Shown one piece after another: positions 53,066 through 63,292 of a stretch of DNA of 64,000 bases. The translations under genes and the position numbers were made by a program. The notes beneath the pieces were generated by a model. The model did not search any database and was not told where the DNA came from. It saw nothing but the letters and a program-made list of their open reading frames with translations. Numbering within the stretch: position 1 is the stretch's first letter; each line of letters begins with the position of its first letter. The DNA is from an uncultured Prochlorococcus sp. GTDB lineage: Bacteria > Cyanobacteriota > Cyanobacteriia > PCC-6307 > Cyanobiaceae. The stretch spans positions 1,990 to 65,989 of the forward strand of contig CACGGL010000001.1 of assembly GCA_902572595.1 (NCBI GenBank). The letters are read 5' to 3'.

Positions 53066-54505
53066 TTGGAAAAACGTTTAAGACTAGCCCCCAGTCCAAC
53101 GGGATTATTTCATATTGGCACAGCTCGAACTGCATTATTCAACTGGTTGTATGCAAAAAAAATAGGCGGAAAATTTCTCATCAGAATAGAGGATACAGAT
53201 TTTCTTCGATCTAAATCTGAATATACAAAAAATATATTGGAAGGCTTGAAATGGCTTGGACTTAAATGGGATGAAGAACCTATAAAGCAAAGTGACCGAA
53301 TTACGATTCACAAAAGTTACATCAAAAAACTTTTAGAATGTGGAGCTGCATATAGGTGCTTTACAACAGACGATGAAATTTCTGAATTAAGAGAAGAACA
53401 AAAAAAGAAAGGATTACCTCCAAAGCACGATAATAGACACAGAAATCTTTCAAAAGAAGAAATAGAAACATTCATATCAAAAGGTAGGACTTCAGTAATA
53501 AGGTTTAAGATTGATGAAAAAATTCAAATTACATGGGAAGATCAGATAAGAGGAGAAATTAAATGGCAAGGTAAGGACTTGGGTGGTGATTTAGTTTTGT
53601 CAAGAAGGTCAAAGGGATATGAGATTGGAGATCCTTTGTATAATCTTGCAGTTGTAGTTGATGATAATTTCATGAATATTACTCATGTTGTAAGGGGTGA
53701 AGACCATATCTCGAACACTGCAAAACAAATATTGATTTATAAAGCATTAAATTTTAATTTGCCAACTTTTTCTCATACACCCTTAATACTAAATAGTGAA
53801 GGGAAAAAATTATCTAAAAGAGATTGCGTTACTTCAATCGACGAGTTTAGAGATATGGGATATTTACCAGAGGCCTTATCGAACTATATGGCCTTTTTAG
53901 GTTGGTCTCCAAAATCTGCTGACAGAGAAATACTCTCACTTGATGAGATATCTGAAATTTTTAACTTATCAGACATAAATAAAGCTGGAGCTAAATTTAG
54001 TTGGGAAAAACTCAACTGGATTAATTCTCAATATATAAAAAATATGGAATCAATAAAGTTAAGTGAGATCATTAGGAAATACTGGGATGATAATGGTTGG
54101 GTACCACCATCTAAAGAATGGGCTTATAAATTAGCAATATTACTTAGAGACTCTATGACTCTATTAAAAGATGCTATTGATCAATCAAAACCATTTTTCT
54201 TAATACCTCCAATTCAAAAAGAAGGTAAAGATTTTCTGGAAAACAAGGATAGCAAAGCATATCTAAAAATAATATTAAATAATTTAATTGAGCAAAATAC
54301 AATAAAACTAGATAAGGAGAAAGCCAAAGAAATAATAAACGAAATCTCTAAAGCGCATAATGTTAAAAAAGGAATATTAATGAAATCATTAAGAGTAGCC
54401 TTTTTTGGATCTCTCAGTGGGCCAGATTTAATTCAAAGTTGGGAGCTTTTCTCAGAGAGTAAGACTGATAGATCTCGAATTGAAAGATGTCTTAAATCAA
54501 TCTAA
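53066..54505 (+). CDS. gltX: Glutamate--tRNA ligase
   Basis: APSPTG..HIG, RIEDTD, RGEDH, KLSKR. Confidence 0.96.
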   Translation: MEKRLRLAPSPTGLFHIGTARTALFNWLYAKKIGGKFLIRIEDTDFLRSKSEYTKNILEGLKWLGLKWDEEPIKQSDRITIHKSYIKKLLECGAAYRCFTTDDEISELREEQKKKGLPPKHDNRHRNLSKEEIETFISKGRTSVIRFKIDEKIQITWEDQIRGEIKWQGKDLGGDLVLSRRSKGYEIGDPLYNLAVVVDDNFMNITHVVRGEDHISNTAKQILIYKALNFNLPTFSHTPLILNSEGKKLSKRDCVTSIDEFRDMGYLPEALSNYMAFLGWSPKSADREILSLDEISEIFNLSDINKAGAKFSWEKLNWINSQYIKNMESIKLSEIIRKYWDDNGWVPPSKEWAYKLAILLRDSMTLLKDAIDQSKPFFLIPPIQKEGKDFLENKDSKAYLKIILNNLIEQNTIKLDKEKAKEIINEISKAHNVKKGILMKSLRVAFFGSLSGPDLIQSWELFSESKTDRSRIERCLKSI

Positions 54506-54506
54506 A

Positions 54507-55703
54507 TTATTTTTTTTGACCTAATTCAAGCCTATTCGCCAAAGGCTTAGCTGAAAGACCTTGGATTCCTACGGTCATCAATATAGTAAGAAAGACCAAA
54601 CCTTGGAGGCGGCCAGCCCCAAGGATACCAGCCTGCTCTAATCTGATAGAAAAAAGAGAAGCTACCGCTGCAGTAACAATGCCTCTTGGGGCTAACCAGG
54701 CTAAAAATATTTTTTCTTTTAAGTTCAATTCTCTTCCCATTGTTGCTATCCAGATAGTGATAGGGCGAATAATAACCATCAACAAAAAAACGCAAAGAAC
54801 TCCTCCCCAGCCTAGCGGACTTAATTCACCCCAAGAAACGTCAGCGGCCAAAAGAGGGAAAAGAACTGTTATTGCTAATTGAGCTAATTCACCTATTAGA
54901 TTATCCAATCTCTCCTTATCTATAACTTCTCTTTTGCCTACAACAAAACCTGCTGCGACCGAAGCAGGCAAGCCTGATTCTGGTAAAAAATATTCGCAAA
55001 TTCCATAAACAAGGAAAATAAATCCAAGGGTAACTTGAAGCTCAATACCAAATGAGGCTTCATTTTTTATTTTTTTTAAAATTTCTGATAGTAACCATCC
55101 TGCACTTAATCCAATTAGTACTCCTCCGCCTAATCTTTGCATTAATGCTATGAATACATCGTTAATCCCACGTAGATCCCCTAGAGTTAACTCTAACAGT
55201 AATAATGCCAGTACTGCTCCAATTGGTTCAAGCAACAAACCCTCAGCTTTTAAAACTTCCGAGAGAGGTGAAGCTAATTTTATTTGTTCCACTAATGGAG
55301 AGACAACTGTTGGGCCAGTAGCTAGAACTATTGCACTATATATTCCTGCGACTTGCCATGAAAGGCCTGCCAGCCAATGAGCAATAAAAATTCCAGCTGA
55401 TAATGAAATAAAAAGTCTTACCAATGAAATTTTCAAAACAGTATTTCTTATATTCCCCTCAGGCAGTTTTAAATTTAATCCCCCTTCAAATAGAACCAAA
55501 CAGACTAAAAGACCCACAATAGTTTCAAGCCCTTGCCCGAGATCTAAGGGCTCAACCAGTCCTAAACCTGATCTTCCGATGAATAATCCAGAAAGTAATA
55601 AAATAACAACACTTGGGAATCCTGTAAAAGAAGAAAATAATCGAGCGCAAGCACCTGCAAATACAGTTATTCCCCAAAGTAATCCAAGCCTTTCAGGCGT
55701 CAT
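54507..55703 (-). CDS. CPA1/NhaP-type cation:proton antiporter
   Basis: LFEGG, TGPTVV, L.AEG...EP.G, PRGIVTAA; about 12 TMs. Confidence 0.88.
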   Translation of the reverse strand: MTPERLGLLWGITVFAGACARLFSSFTGFPSVVILLLSGLFIGRSGLGLVEPLDLGQGLETIVGLLVCLVLFEGGLNLKLPEGNIRNTVLKISLVRLFISLSAGIFIAHWLAGLSWQVAGIYSAIVLATGPTVVSPLVEQIKLASPLSEVLKAEGLLLEPIGAVLALLLLELTLGDLRGINDVFIALMQRLGGGVLIGLSAGWLLSEILKKIKNEASFGIELQVTLGFIFLVYGICEYFLPESGLPASVAAGFVVGKREVIDKERLDNLIGELAQLAITVLFPLLAADVSWGELSPLGWGGVLCVFLLMVIIRPITIWIATMGRELNLKEKIFLAWLAPRGIVTAAVASLFSIRLEQAGILGAGRLQGLVFLTILMTVGIQGLSAKPLANRLELGQKK

Positions 55704-55866
55704 ATAAAATTATGAATAATAAAATCATCAATTATTTTGATTAAATCAATAATCTCATCTCAAGTCCAATAAATACAATACTTTTTAATTTAATTAATCA
55801 GCTGAAGAAGAGTAATTTTTTTTTAAAATTTCAAAACTACTTTTAAGAAAATGAATTTTATTTTTA

Positions 55867-56043
55867 TTAAGAAAAATTACTTATCAAAGCAATAATTATA
55901 AAAATAATTCCTATCCCAACAGTTGCCATCCTTCCATTCCATATTTCAGCTTGAGGGGTAAAACCCCTTTTCCACAAATTCAGTTCCTTTTTATCAACGA
56001 AGTTTTTTGTCTCTTTAATCTCGATTTTGGGTTGTTTGTTCAT
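55867..56043 (-). CDS. hli: High-light-inducible protein (HLIP/Hli), 58 aa, absent from the ORF track
   Basis: MNKQPKIEIKETKNFVDKKELNLWKRGFTPQAEIWNGRMATVGIGIIFIIIALISNFS*; GFT..AE.WNGR.A motif. Confidence 0.92.
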   Translation of the reverse strand: MNKQPKIEIKETKNFVDKKELNLWKRGFTPQAEIWNGRMATVGIGIIFIIIALISNFS

Positions 56044-56048
56044 TGAAT

Positions 56049-57119
56049 TTAAAAAGGAGGGTTTTCTTCATAAAGGGTATTTGCTTGTTCAATTGATAGT
56101 CTTCCTGCGACACCTAATTTAAGAGAACTTAAATGATCCTTAAATTTGATCCTGAACAACGCCGCCGCTCCAATCATTGCCGCATTATCTGTACAAAGAT
56201 TAAGGGGAGCTAAATGAACTTTAATGTTTTTTTTACTAGCTTCACTAATCATCATTTTTCTTAATGTATTGTTAGCCGCCACTCCCCCAACTACAACAAC
56301 ATTATCCAAATTATGATCTTCTGCGCATTTTATTGTTCTCTCTACCAAGACCTCTGCCACTACTCTCTCAAAACTTGCAGCAATATCAGGAATTGGAACG
56401 GTCTTCCCATCCAAATTTATTCTCTCAACTAATCTTAATACGGCGGTTTTTAGACCACTAAAAGAAAAATCATATTTAAGAAATCCACCTTTTTTATCAG
56501 AAATCCTACATTTTGGTAAATTAAATTTCATTGGGTCCCCATTTTTAGCAATCTTTTCAATCGCCGGTCCTCCTGGATAACTAAGACCTAATAATCTGCC
56601 AACTTTATCAAAGGCTTCTCCAGCAGCATCATCAAAACTTTTCCCAAGCCTCTGCATTCCCCTTCTATCATCAACCTTTATCAATTCAGTATGCCCGCCG
56701 CTAACAAGTAATGTAAGAAAAGATTTCCTTGGATAGTTTTCTGAAAAAAGAATTGAAGATAAATGCCCCTCCAAATGATGAATTCCCAGAAACGGTTTTG
56801 AATGTAACATGCAAAGTGATCTTGCAGTTATAGAGCCAACTCGTAAACAACCAACTAATCCAGGAGCTACAGTTGATGCAATATAATCAACCTCCTCAAT
56901 TTTGATTTTTGATTCTTCTAAAGCCTTATCTAAAACAAAAGGTAATAACTCTAAATGCTTTCTAGCTGCAAGTTCAGGCACAACTCCTCCCCATTTTGAA
57001 TGATCTTCAATTTGAGAAGCAATTATATTTGAATGTATTTTGAAAGTATCGCCAACATTAGAAACTATTGAGACAGATGTCTCATCACAACTTGTTTCAA
57101 TAGCTAAAACTTTATGCAT
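56049..57119 (-). CDS. tsaD: tRNA N6-threonylcarbamoyladenosine synthase
   Basis: IETSCDET, GGVVPE, HHLEGH, VSGGHT, DDAAGEAFDK, FSFSGLKT, TDNAAMI. Confidence 0.97.
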   Translation of the reverse strand: MHKVLAIETSCDETSVSIVSNVGDTFKIHSNIIASQIEDHSKWGGVVPELAARKHLELLPFVLDKALEESKIKIEEVDYIASTVAPGLVGCLRVGSITARSLCMLHSKPFLGIHHLEGHLSSILFSENYPRKSFLTLLVSGGHTELIKVDDRRGMQRLGKSFDDAAGEAFDKVGRLLGLSYPGGPAIEKIAKNGDPMKFNLPKCRISDKKGGFLKYDFSFSGLKTAVLRLVERINLDGKTVPIPDIAASFERVVAEVLVERTIKCAEDHNLDNVVVVGGVAANNTLRKMMISEASKKNIKVHLAPLNLCTDNAAMIGAAALFRIKFKDHLSSLKLGVAGRLSIEQANTLYEENPPF

Positions 57120-57193
57120 TTTTGATTCAACTTGTTCTATTTTATTATTAATTTCTTAATTAACACACTATAAGGAATTAAAGATTGCAACTT

Positions 57194-57748
57194 ATGAAAT
57201 TCTTTTTTTCAATCATAACCTCAGTTTTTCTGTTCCTCGGAATTACTCCAATTGCTCTAGCTGCAAATGGGCCTGCCTTAAACGCAGATAGAGCTAGCAC
57301 AGAATATACTGCTTCAGCCCTCACAAAATGTTCTGATAATCCTAAATTCATTGAGAGAGCAAATTCTGCAACTACTCAAAAAGATATCGCAAGATTTGAA
57401 AGATACGGAAAAGCATCATGTGGAGATGATGGTCTTCCACATTTAATAATTGGACCTCCTCTTGAACCATGGGGAGCCCTTTTAAATAGAGGTCATGAAG
57501 GAGATTTACTGATCCCCGGAGTATTGTTCATTTACATTGCTGGAATTATAGGTTGGTCAGGAAGAGAGTATTTAATTGAATCAAAAAAGACTAAGAATCC
57601 AGCAGACCTTGAGATTATTATTGACCTAGACTTAGCGAGAAAATGTCTTGTAAAAGGAGCCCAATGGCCTCTTCTTGCTAATAAACAAGGAAGAAATGGT
57701 GATTTAAGAGAGAAAGATAACAATATTACACTTAATGGTCCTCGCTAA
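57194..57748 (+). CDS. psaF: Photosystem I subunit III
   Basis: Signal peptide, LTKC, RFERY...CGDDGLPHLI, FIYIAGIIGWSGREYL. Confidence 0.95.
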   Translation: MKFFFSIITSVFLFLGITPIALAANGPALNADRASTEYTASALTKCSDNPKFIERANSATTQKDIARFERYGKASCGDDGLPHLIIGPPLEPWGALLNRGHEGDLLIPGVLFIYIAGIIGWSGREYLIESKKTKNPADLEIIIDLDLARKCLVKGAQWPLLANKQGRNGDLREKDNNITLNGPR

Positions 57749-57773
57749 ACATCTTTAAACTTTCCTAAAACAA

Positions 57774-57908
57774 ATGTTCAAAATTCTAAACACAAAATTT
57801 GTCAGATCTGCTCCAGTGGTTGCAGCAATTTGGCTAAGCCTTACAGCTGGAATAATTATTGAATTTAATAGGTTTTTCCCAGATTTACTTTTCCATCCAA
57901 TGAGTTGA
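57774..57908 (+). CDS. psaJ: Photosystem I subunit IX, 44 aa, absent from the ORF track
   Basis: [44 protein letters not shown]; follows psaF. Confidence 0.96.
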   Translation: MFKILNTKFVRSAPVVAAIWLSLTAGIIIEFNRFFPDLLFHPMS

Positions 57909-57922
57909 TAAAGAGAAAATAA

Positions 57923-58477
57923 TCAAGTTTTTATTAACTTGATTATTTTTTTTGCTGTTTCATCAACATTGTGATTTGTTAATGCAAAATCAAATTGATT
58001 TGATACTGAAATCTCATAATTAGCCCTTGAGAGTCTTTTTTTAATTGCCTCTTCTTTTTCTGTACCTCTATTTCTTATTCTTCTCTCTAACTCTTCTTTA
58101 TCCGGAGGAAGTAAAAATATTGACAGTGAATTAGGAAACTTATTTTTTATTTGCCTTGCACCCTCTACTTCAATTTCAAGTAGTACGGTAAATCCCTTTT
58201 TTATTTTATCATTAACCGAAGACAAAGGGGTTCCATAGTAGTTTCCAGCGAATTGAGCCCATTCAAGGAACAGGTTTTGTTCAATCATTTCTTTAAACGT
58301 TTCTTGATTTAAAAAGTAGTAATTTTCTCCGTCCTTTTCTCCCTCTCTAGGTTCTCGAGTAGTTGCAGATATTGAAAGCCAAAAATCTTTTTCTTTGCCT
58401 AATATTTCTTTAACAACTGTTCCTTTACCTACCCCGCTGGGTCCAGTAAGGATAATAAGTTTTTTTTGATTTTTCAT
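57923..58477 (-). CDS. gmk: Guanylate kinase
   Basis: GPSGVGKGT, SATTREPREGE, YYGT. Confidence 0.96.
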   Translation of the reverse strand: MKNQKKLIILTGPSGVGKGTVVKEILGKEKDFWLSISATTREPREGEKDGENYYFLNQETFKEMIEQNLFLEWAQFAGNYYGTPLSSVNDKIKKGFTVLLEIEVEGARQIKNKFPNSLSIFLLPPDKEELERRIRNRGTEKEEAIKKRLSRANYEISVSNQFDFALTNHNVDETAKKIIKLIKT

Positions 58478-58525
58478 ATTAAATTTTTTACAGTAAAATT
58501 AAATCTTGTGAATTAAAAAGGAATA

Positions 58526-60250
58526 ATGCAAAAAGGTGTTCCACAGATAATGGATATTACATCTATTAAATCTGTCTTGCATTATTTGACAAAGAACATC
58601 TTGCCTACAAAATTTGAAACTGCCCAACAACCAGAGCCTAATACAATTCAATTATGTTTCAGAGGAGTTGATTCTCAAACATGGTTAGAAGTTTCTTGGA
58701 ATGGAGACTCTCCAAGAATACTAAAAATAAATAAGCCAGAAAAGATTGGTAGAGAAAGCACACTTTCTAAACAAATAAGATACGGATTAAAGTATATGGC
58801 TTTAATTTCGATTGATCAAGATAATTTCGAGAGAGTTATAAAATTTAGTTTTGCAAAAAAACCTGGAGATGAAATAAATAAGTATTTAATTTTTGAATTA
58901 ATGGGAAAACATAGTAATATTTTCTATTTGGATAATAAACAAAAAATAATTGCTGTTGGTAAACAAATTAAATCAAGTCAATCTAGTTTTAGAACAATTT
59001 CAACAGGATCAATTTATTCAGGCCCTCCAGTCAATCTCAAAAAACAACCTAGAGAAGATGAGTCTTTTCAATCTTGGAAAGACTCAATTTCAATAATCCC
59101 TGAGTCTTTGAAATACTGTTTAATAAATACCTATCAAGGAGTAAGCCCTATCCTCACAAAACAATTAGAGGTTGTTAGCGCAACTGTTAATTCAGAAATA
59201 ATGGAAAAAAATATTGATTTCATTAGCAACTCAGACTTAAAGGAGATATTTAAAAATTGGAAGATTTGGATAAACAGCTTTAAAAACAATAACTTTAACT
59301 TTTCTACATTCAACAAAGATTTTTATTGCGTTTGGTTTTTTAATAAGGAAATTAATTGCGAAAATAAAATAGATTTATGCACAAGCTTAGAGAATTATTA
59401 TGATTATCATCTGAAACAAAAAAAACTTGAATTATTGGAAAAGAAAATTGAAGGGATAATTTTTAAACAGACCAATACTGAGAAAAAGAATTTAAATATT
59501 CAATATGATCTTCTGACAAAATCAGAAAACTACGAGATATATAAAGAAAAAGCTGATAATATATTCTCTTCACATGAAATTAAAAAACAAGACATAATAA
59601 AGGGACAAAAACTATATAAAAAATCAAAAAAACTAAAGAGATCTAGAGAATTAATAAAAGAAAGATTAAGTATTTACAAAACAAACATAGAGAGATTAGA
59701 TGAATTCACTACGCTTCTAGAAAATTTAAATTCTTTAAATCATGAAAAACTTTCTATGAGAATCAAACTACTAGAAGAAATTATGGAAGAAATTTGTAAC
59801 GAGTTTAATATCAATATCAAGAGGCAAAGAGAAGATCAGAAAAGTACATATGAGATAGAGTCTTCACCAATTCAAGTTGATACTCCCACAGGATTAAAGC
59901 TTCAGGTAGGGCGAAATATGAGGCAAAATGATTTAATAAGCTTTAAGTTCTCAAAAAAAGGCGATTTATGGTTTCATGCACAGGAATCACCAGGCAGTCA
60001 TGTAGTTTTGAAGTCTTCATCTCAAGTAGCATCTGAACAAGATCTTCAAATAGCTGCAGATTTAGCTGCTTTATTTAGTAAGGCAAAAAGAAACATTAAA
60101 GTTCCAATTAATTTAGTAAAGATTAAAGATTTGCAAAAAATCAAAAACGGAGGACCGGGTTGCGTTTCCTTTAAAAATGGAGAAATTATTTGGGGAAATC
60201 CTACAAGAGGAGAAGATTACATTAAAAAAAATCTTAAAACAGTAATTTAG
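58526..60250 (+). CDS. NFACT / Rqc2 (RqcH, FbpA-like) ribosome quality-control protein
   Basis: ELMGKHSN, coiled coil, VGRN..QND, DLWFHAQ..PGSHVV; start may be the second Met (MDITS). Confidence 0.88.
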   Translation: MQKGVPQIMDITSIKSVLHYLTKNILPTKFETAQQPEPNTIQLCFRGVDSQTWLEVSWNGDSPRILKINKPEKIGRESTLSKQIRYGLKYMALISIDQDNFERVIKFSFAKKPGDEINKYLIFELMGKHSNIFYLDNKQKIIAVGKQIKSSQSSFRTISTGSIYSGPPVNLKKQPREDESFQSWKDSISIIPESLKYCLINTYQGVSPILTKQLEVVSATVNSEIMEKNIDFISNSDLKEIFKNWKIWINSFKNNNFNFSTFNKDFYCVWFFNKEINCENKIDLCTSLENYYDYHLKQKKLELLEKKIEGIIFKQTNTEKKNLNIQYDLLTKSENYEIYKEKADNIFSSHEIKKQDIIKGQKLYKKSKKLKRSRELIKERLSIYKTNIERLDEFTTLLENLNSLNHEKLSMRIKLLEEIMEEICNEFNINIKRQREDQKSTYEIESSPIQVDTPTGLKLQVGRNMRQNDLISFKFSKKGDLWFHAQESPGSHVVLKSSSQVASEQDLQIAADLAALFSKAKRNIKVPINLVKIKDLQKIKNGGPGCVSFKNGEIIWGNPTRGEDYIKKNLKTVI

Positions 60251-60279
60251 TTTATAATGAAAAAAATTTTTAAATCTAA

Positions 60280-60540
60280 ATGTTTGATTTTCTTTTAGGC
60301 ACTCATGAATTTTTAGGAAATCATAGTTTTCCAGAATTTATTGTTGGATATCTATTTGGTGCTGCATTAATAATTGGAGCGCCTACTGTTTTCTTACTAC
60401 TTGCCTTCGTAAGCGCTTTAATGAAAACAAATGGGAAAATGGGTGGATATAGAGAATATGAAACTTATGGTGAATCATCTTTAAATGATGCCCCTCCTTT
60501 CTTATTACCTGATCCAACAAATCCTAAATTAAGCAAATAA
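60280..60540 (+). CDS. Small membrane hypothetical protein
   Basis: 86 aa ORF with a long hydrophobic segment. Confidence 0.7.
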   Translation: MFDFLLGTHEFLGNHSFPEFIVGYLFGAALIIGAPTVFLLLAFVSALMKTNGKMGGYREYETYGESSLNDAPPFLLPDPTNPKLSK

Positions 60541-60620
60541 TTAAGTTTATCGAAAAATAAATTGGACTTTGACAACAGTAGTTTTAAACCTTTTTCTTAC
60601 ACAATTTTTATCAAATAATA

Positions 60621-61379
60621 ATGAGAGGTACAGGTCAAAGTGAAAAAAAATTATTAGATTCGATGACTTTTAGTGATCATTTAGAGGAGCTTCGTCAAAG
60701 GATACTTAATTCAATTTTCTCAATACTTATTTCAATATTCTTTAGTTTTCTCATTATAAAGCCATTAATATCTTTTTTAGAAATTCCAGCTGGTGATATT
60801 CATTTACTACAACTTGCTCCAGGAGAGTTTTTATTTGTAGCTATTAAAGTTGCAGGTTACAGCGGATTGATAGTTTCTATGCCTTATATTTTTTATCAAA
60901 TAATATTATTCATTTCTCCAGGTTTAACAAAACAAGAAAAAAGCCTTATCTTGCCTGCAGTTTTTGGTTCAGGTCTTCTATTTTTTTTAGGATTAATTTT
61001 TTCATGGTGGATATTAGTCCCTGCAGCAATAAATTTCTTCATTAGTTTCGGTGCTGATATTGTTGAACCAACTTGGTCTATAGAAAGATATTTTGATTTT
61101 GTTCTCTTATTAATGTCTAGCACTGCAATAGCTTTTCAATTGCCAGTATTACAATTTATTCTTGGTTCTCTTGGAATAATCACAACAGAAAAAATGATTT
61201 CTAATTGGAAGATAGTTGTAATTTCCTCTGCAATATTATCTGCAGTGATTACTCCTTCAACTGACCCATTGACTATGTCATTGCTATCTATATCGATTGT
61301 GTTTTTATTTTTTGTGGGTACTGGATTAACTTACTTATCAGAAAATCTTAAGTCAAAAACTCTTTCATCTTCTCATTAA
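60621..61379 (+). CDS. tatC: Twin-arginine translocase subunit TatC
   Basis: HLEELRQR, PGE, FISPGL...EK, FQLP, ITPSTDP. Confidence 0.96.
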   Translation: MRGTGQSEKKLLDSMTFSDHLEELRQRILNSIFSILISIFFSFLIIKPLISFLEIPAGDIHLLQLAPGEFLFVAIKVAGYSGLIVSMPYIFYQIILFISPGLTKQEKSLILPAVFGSGLLFFLGLIFSWWILVPAAINFFISFGADIVEPTWSIERYFDFVLLLMSSTAIAFQLPVLQFILGSLGIITTEKMISNWKIVVISSAILSAVITPSTDPLTMSLLSISIVFLFFVGTGLTYLSENLKSKTLSSSH

Positions 61380-61665
61380 GATCTAATTGCAAGCTGACAG
61401 CTCTACCTAACTTTGGCTTAGCATTGACTTTCTTTAGCCATTCCCTTACTTCTTCTGAATATCCACATCTATTTAAAATCTCGATTTTATCAGCTATCGA
61501 TTTTTTATATTCATCTTCACTTAAAGGGAATGATTCCTGTCCAAGAAATCCCCACATCATCTGAAAATACACGAATTTTCCTCTTCTAAAGAGTCTAAAA
61601 TCATATTTTTTCCCCCAGCGATGAATCAAATAATGTATAACTTCATCTACTAGCAATGGATTCAT
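61348..61665 (-). CDS. DUF3067-family protein
   Basis: RWG..YD, QMMW..L.Q.SFPL.E.EY, P.LGRAVS. Confidence 0.8.
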   Translation of the reverse strand: MNPLLVDEVIHYLIHRWGKKYDFRLFRRGKFVYFQMMWGFLGQESFPLSEDEYKKSIADKIEILNRCGYSEEVREWLKKVNAKPKLGRAVSLQLDLNEKMKEFLT

Positions 61666-61788
61666 TTAAATCAATTAATTAAGACTTCCTAAACTTTTAC
61701 TTTAAATTATTAAAAGTCCTATCTATTTGCAACAGAAATTGATCAATTTGATCCATAATAACTAATAAATAACAGAACCAAGTAGCGA

Positions 61789-62325
61789 ATGACTCAATTA
61801 AGTTCCAATGATGTCCCTTCTATGGGTCGAAGGCAATTTATGAATCTTCTTACATTTGGTACTGCAACTGGTGTAGCTTTAGGAGCCCTTTACCCTGTAG
61901 CGAATTATTTCATGCCTCTAAGAGCAGGCGGCGGTGGAGGTGGAACTTCTGCTAAAGATGAATTAGGGAATCCAATAACTAAGACAGGTTGGTTAGCTAA
62001 CCATCAAGCAGGAGACAGAAGTCTAGTTCAGGGACTAAAGGGAGATCCAACTTATTTAATAGTTAATGAGGGTGGGGAAATAGGAGAATTTGGTTTAAAT
62101 GCAATTTGTACTCATTTAGGTTGTGTTGTCCCATGGGATAGTGGTGCTAATAAATTCATATGTCCTTGTCATGGCAGTCAGTACGATACTAACGGGAAGG
62201 TCGTAAGAGGGCCTGCGCCTTTATCTTTAGCTCTAGCTCATGTCGATATTGAAGATGATGCTGTACTCGTCAAACAATGGTCAGAAACTGACTTTAGAAC
62301 TAATGAAAATCCATGGTGGGCATAA
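61789..62325 (+). CDS. petC: Cytochrome b6f Rieske iron-sulfur subunit
   Basis: Tat signal [21 protein letters not shown]. Confidence 0.97.
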   Translation: MTQLSSNDVPSMGRRQFMNLLTFGTATGVALGALYPVANYFMPLRAGGGGGGTSAKDELGNPITKTGWLANHQAGDRSLVQGLKGDPTYLIVNEGGEIGEFGLNAICTHLGCVVPWDSGANKFICPCHGSQYDTNGKVVRGPAPLSLALAHVDIEDDAVLVKQWSETDFRTNENPWWA

Positions 62326-62328
62326 AAA

Positions 62329-63282
62329 ATGAAAGGTCTTAAAAATCAAATCATGAAAAAAACAAGTTTATTTATCTGTACTCTGCTTTTCATTTCAAGC
62401 ATTGTATTTTATCCAAAGATCAGTTTTGCTTATCCATTTTGGGCTCAGCAAAACTACGAATCCCCAAGAGAAGCCACAGGTAAGATAGTCTGTGCAAATT
62501 GTCATTTAGCTCAGATGCCTACAATTGCAGAGGTTCCACAATCTGTTGGGGCAGACAGTGTTTTCAAAGCTGTAGTCAAAATACCCTACAAAAATGACTT
62601 AAAAGAGATCGGGGCTGATGGTTCTGAAGTCCCATTACAAGTTGGTGCTGTTGTAATGCTGCCTGATGGTTTTAAACTTGCTCCACAAGAAAGATGGACC
62701 GAAGAAATCAAAGAGGAGACAGAAGGGGTCTATTTCACTAATTACAGTGAAGAGAAGGATAATATCATTATCGTTGGACCTTTACCTGGAGATACTAATA
62801 AAGAGATCGTTTTCCCTGTACTTTCCCCTGATCCATCCACTAATAAAGAATATCACTACGGGAAATACTCTTTACATATTGGAGGCAATAGAGGTAGAGG
62901 TCAGGTATACCCAACTGGAGACAAAAGCAATAATGTAGTTTTCACTTCTTCCACCTCAGGAACTATAAATTCAATAGACACAATTGAAGATGGTAGTTAT
63001 AAGGTAAATATAAAAAACGAGAATGGAGAGATAACTACTGAAGCAGTCCCTGTTGGTCCCCAACTTATAGTAAAAGCTCAAGACAAAATAAATGCAGGTG
63101 ACCCGCTTACTAATGATCCAAATGTTGGCGGCTTTGGGCAATTAGATGCTGAGGTTGTACTCCAGAGCCCTTATAGAGTAATTGGATTAATTGCATTCTT
63201 TATTGGTGTAGGTCTAACACAAATACTTTTAGTATTAAAGAAAAAACAAGTAGAAAAAGTGCAAGCAGCAGAGGGTATCTAA
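62329..63282 (+). CDS. petA: Apocytochrome f
   Basis: YPFWAQQ, CANCH heme motif, GGNRGRGQ, C-terminal TM. Confidence 0.97.
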   Translation: MKGLKNQIMKKTSLFICTLLFISSIVFYPKISFAYPFWAQQNYESPREATGKIVCANCHLAQMPTIAEVPQSVGADSVFKAVVKIPYKNDLKEIGADGSEVPLQVGAVVMLPDGFKLAPQERWTEEIKEETEGVYFTNYSEEKDNIIIVGPLPGDTNKEIVFPVLSPDPSTNKEYHYGKYSLHIGGNRGRGQVYPTGDKSNNVVFTSSTSGTINSIDTIEDGSYKVNIKNENGEITTEAVPVGPQLIVKAQDKINAGDPLTNDPNVGGFGQLDAEVVLQSPYRVIGLIAFFIGVGLTQILLVLKKKQVEKVQAAEGI

Positions 63283-63292
63283 CTTTCTTTAA

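Noticed and set aside
57120-57193. RpaB/HLR1 site upstream of psaF
   Set aside because: Plausible from known regulation, but the match to the TTACA direct repeat is too weak in this AT-rich spacer
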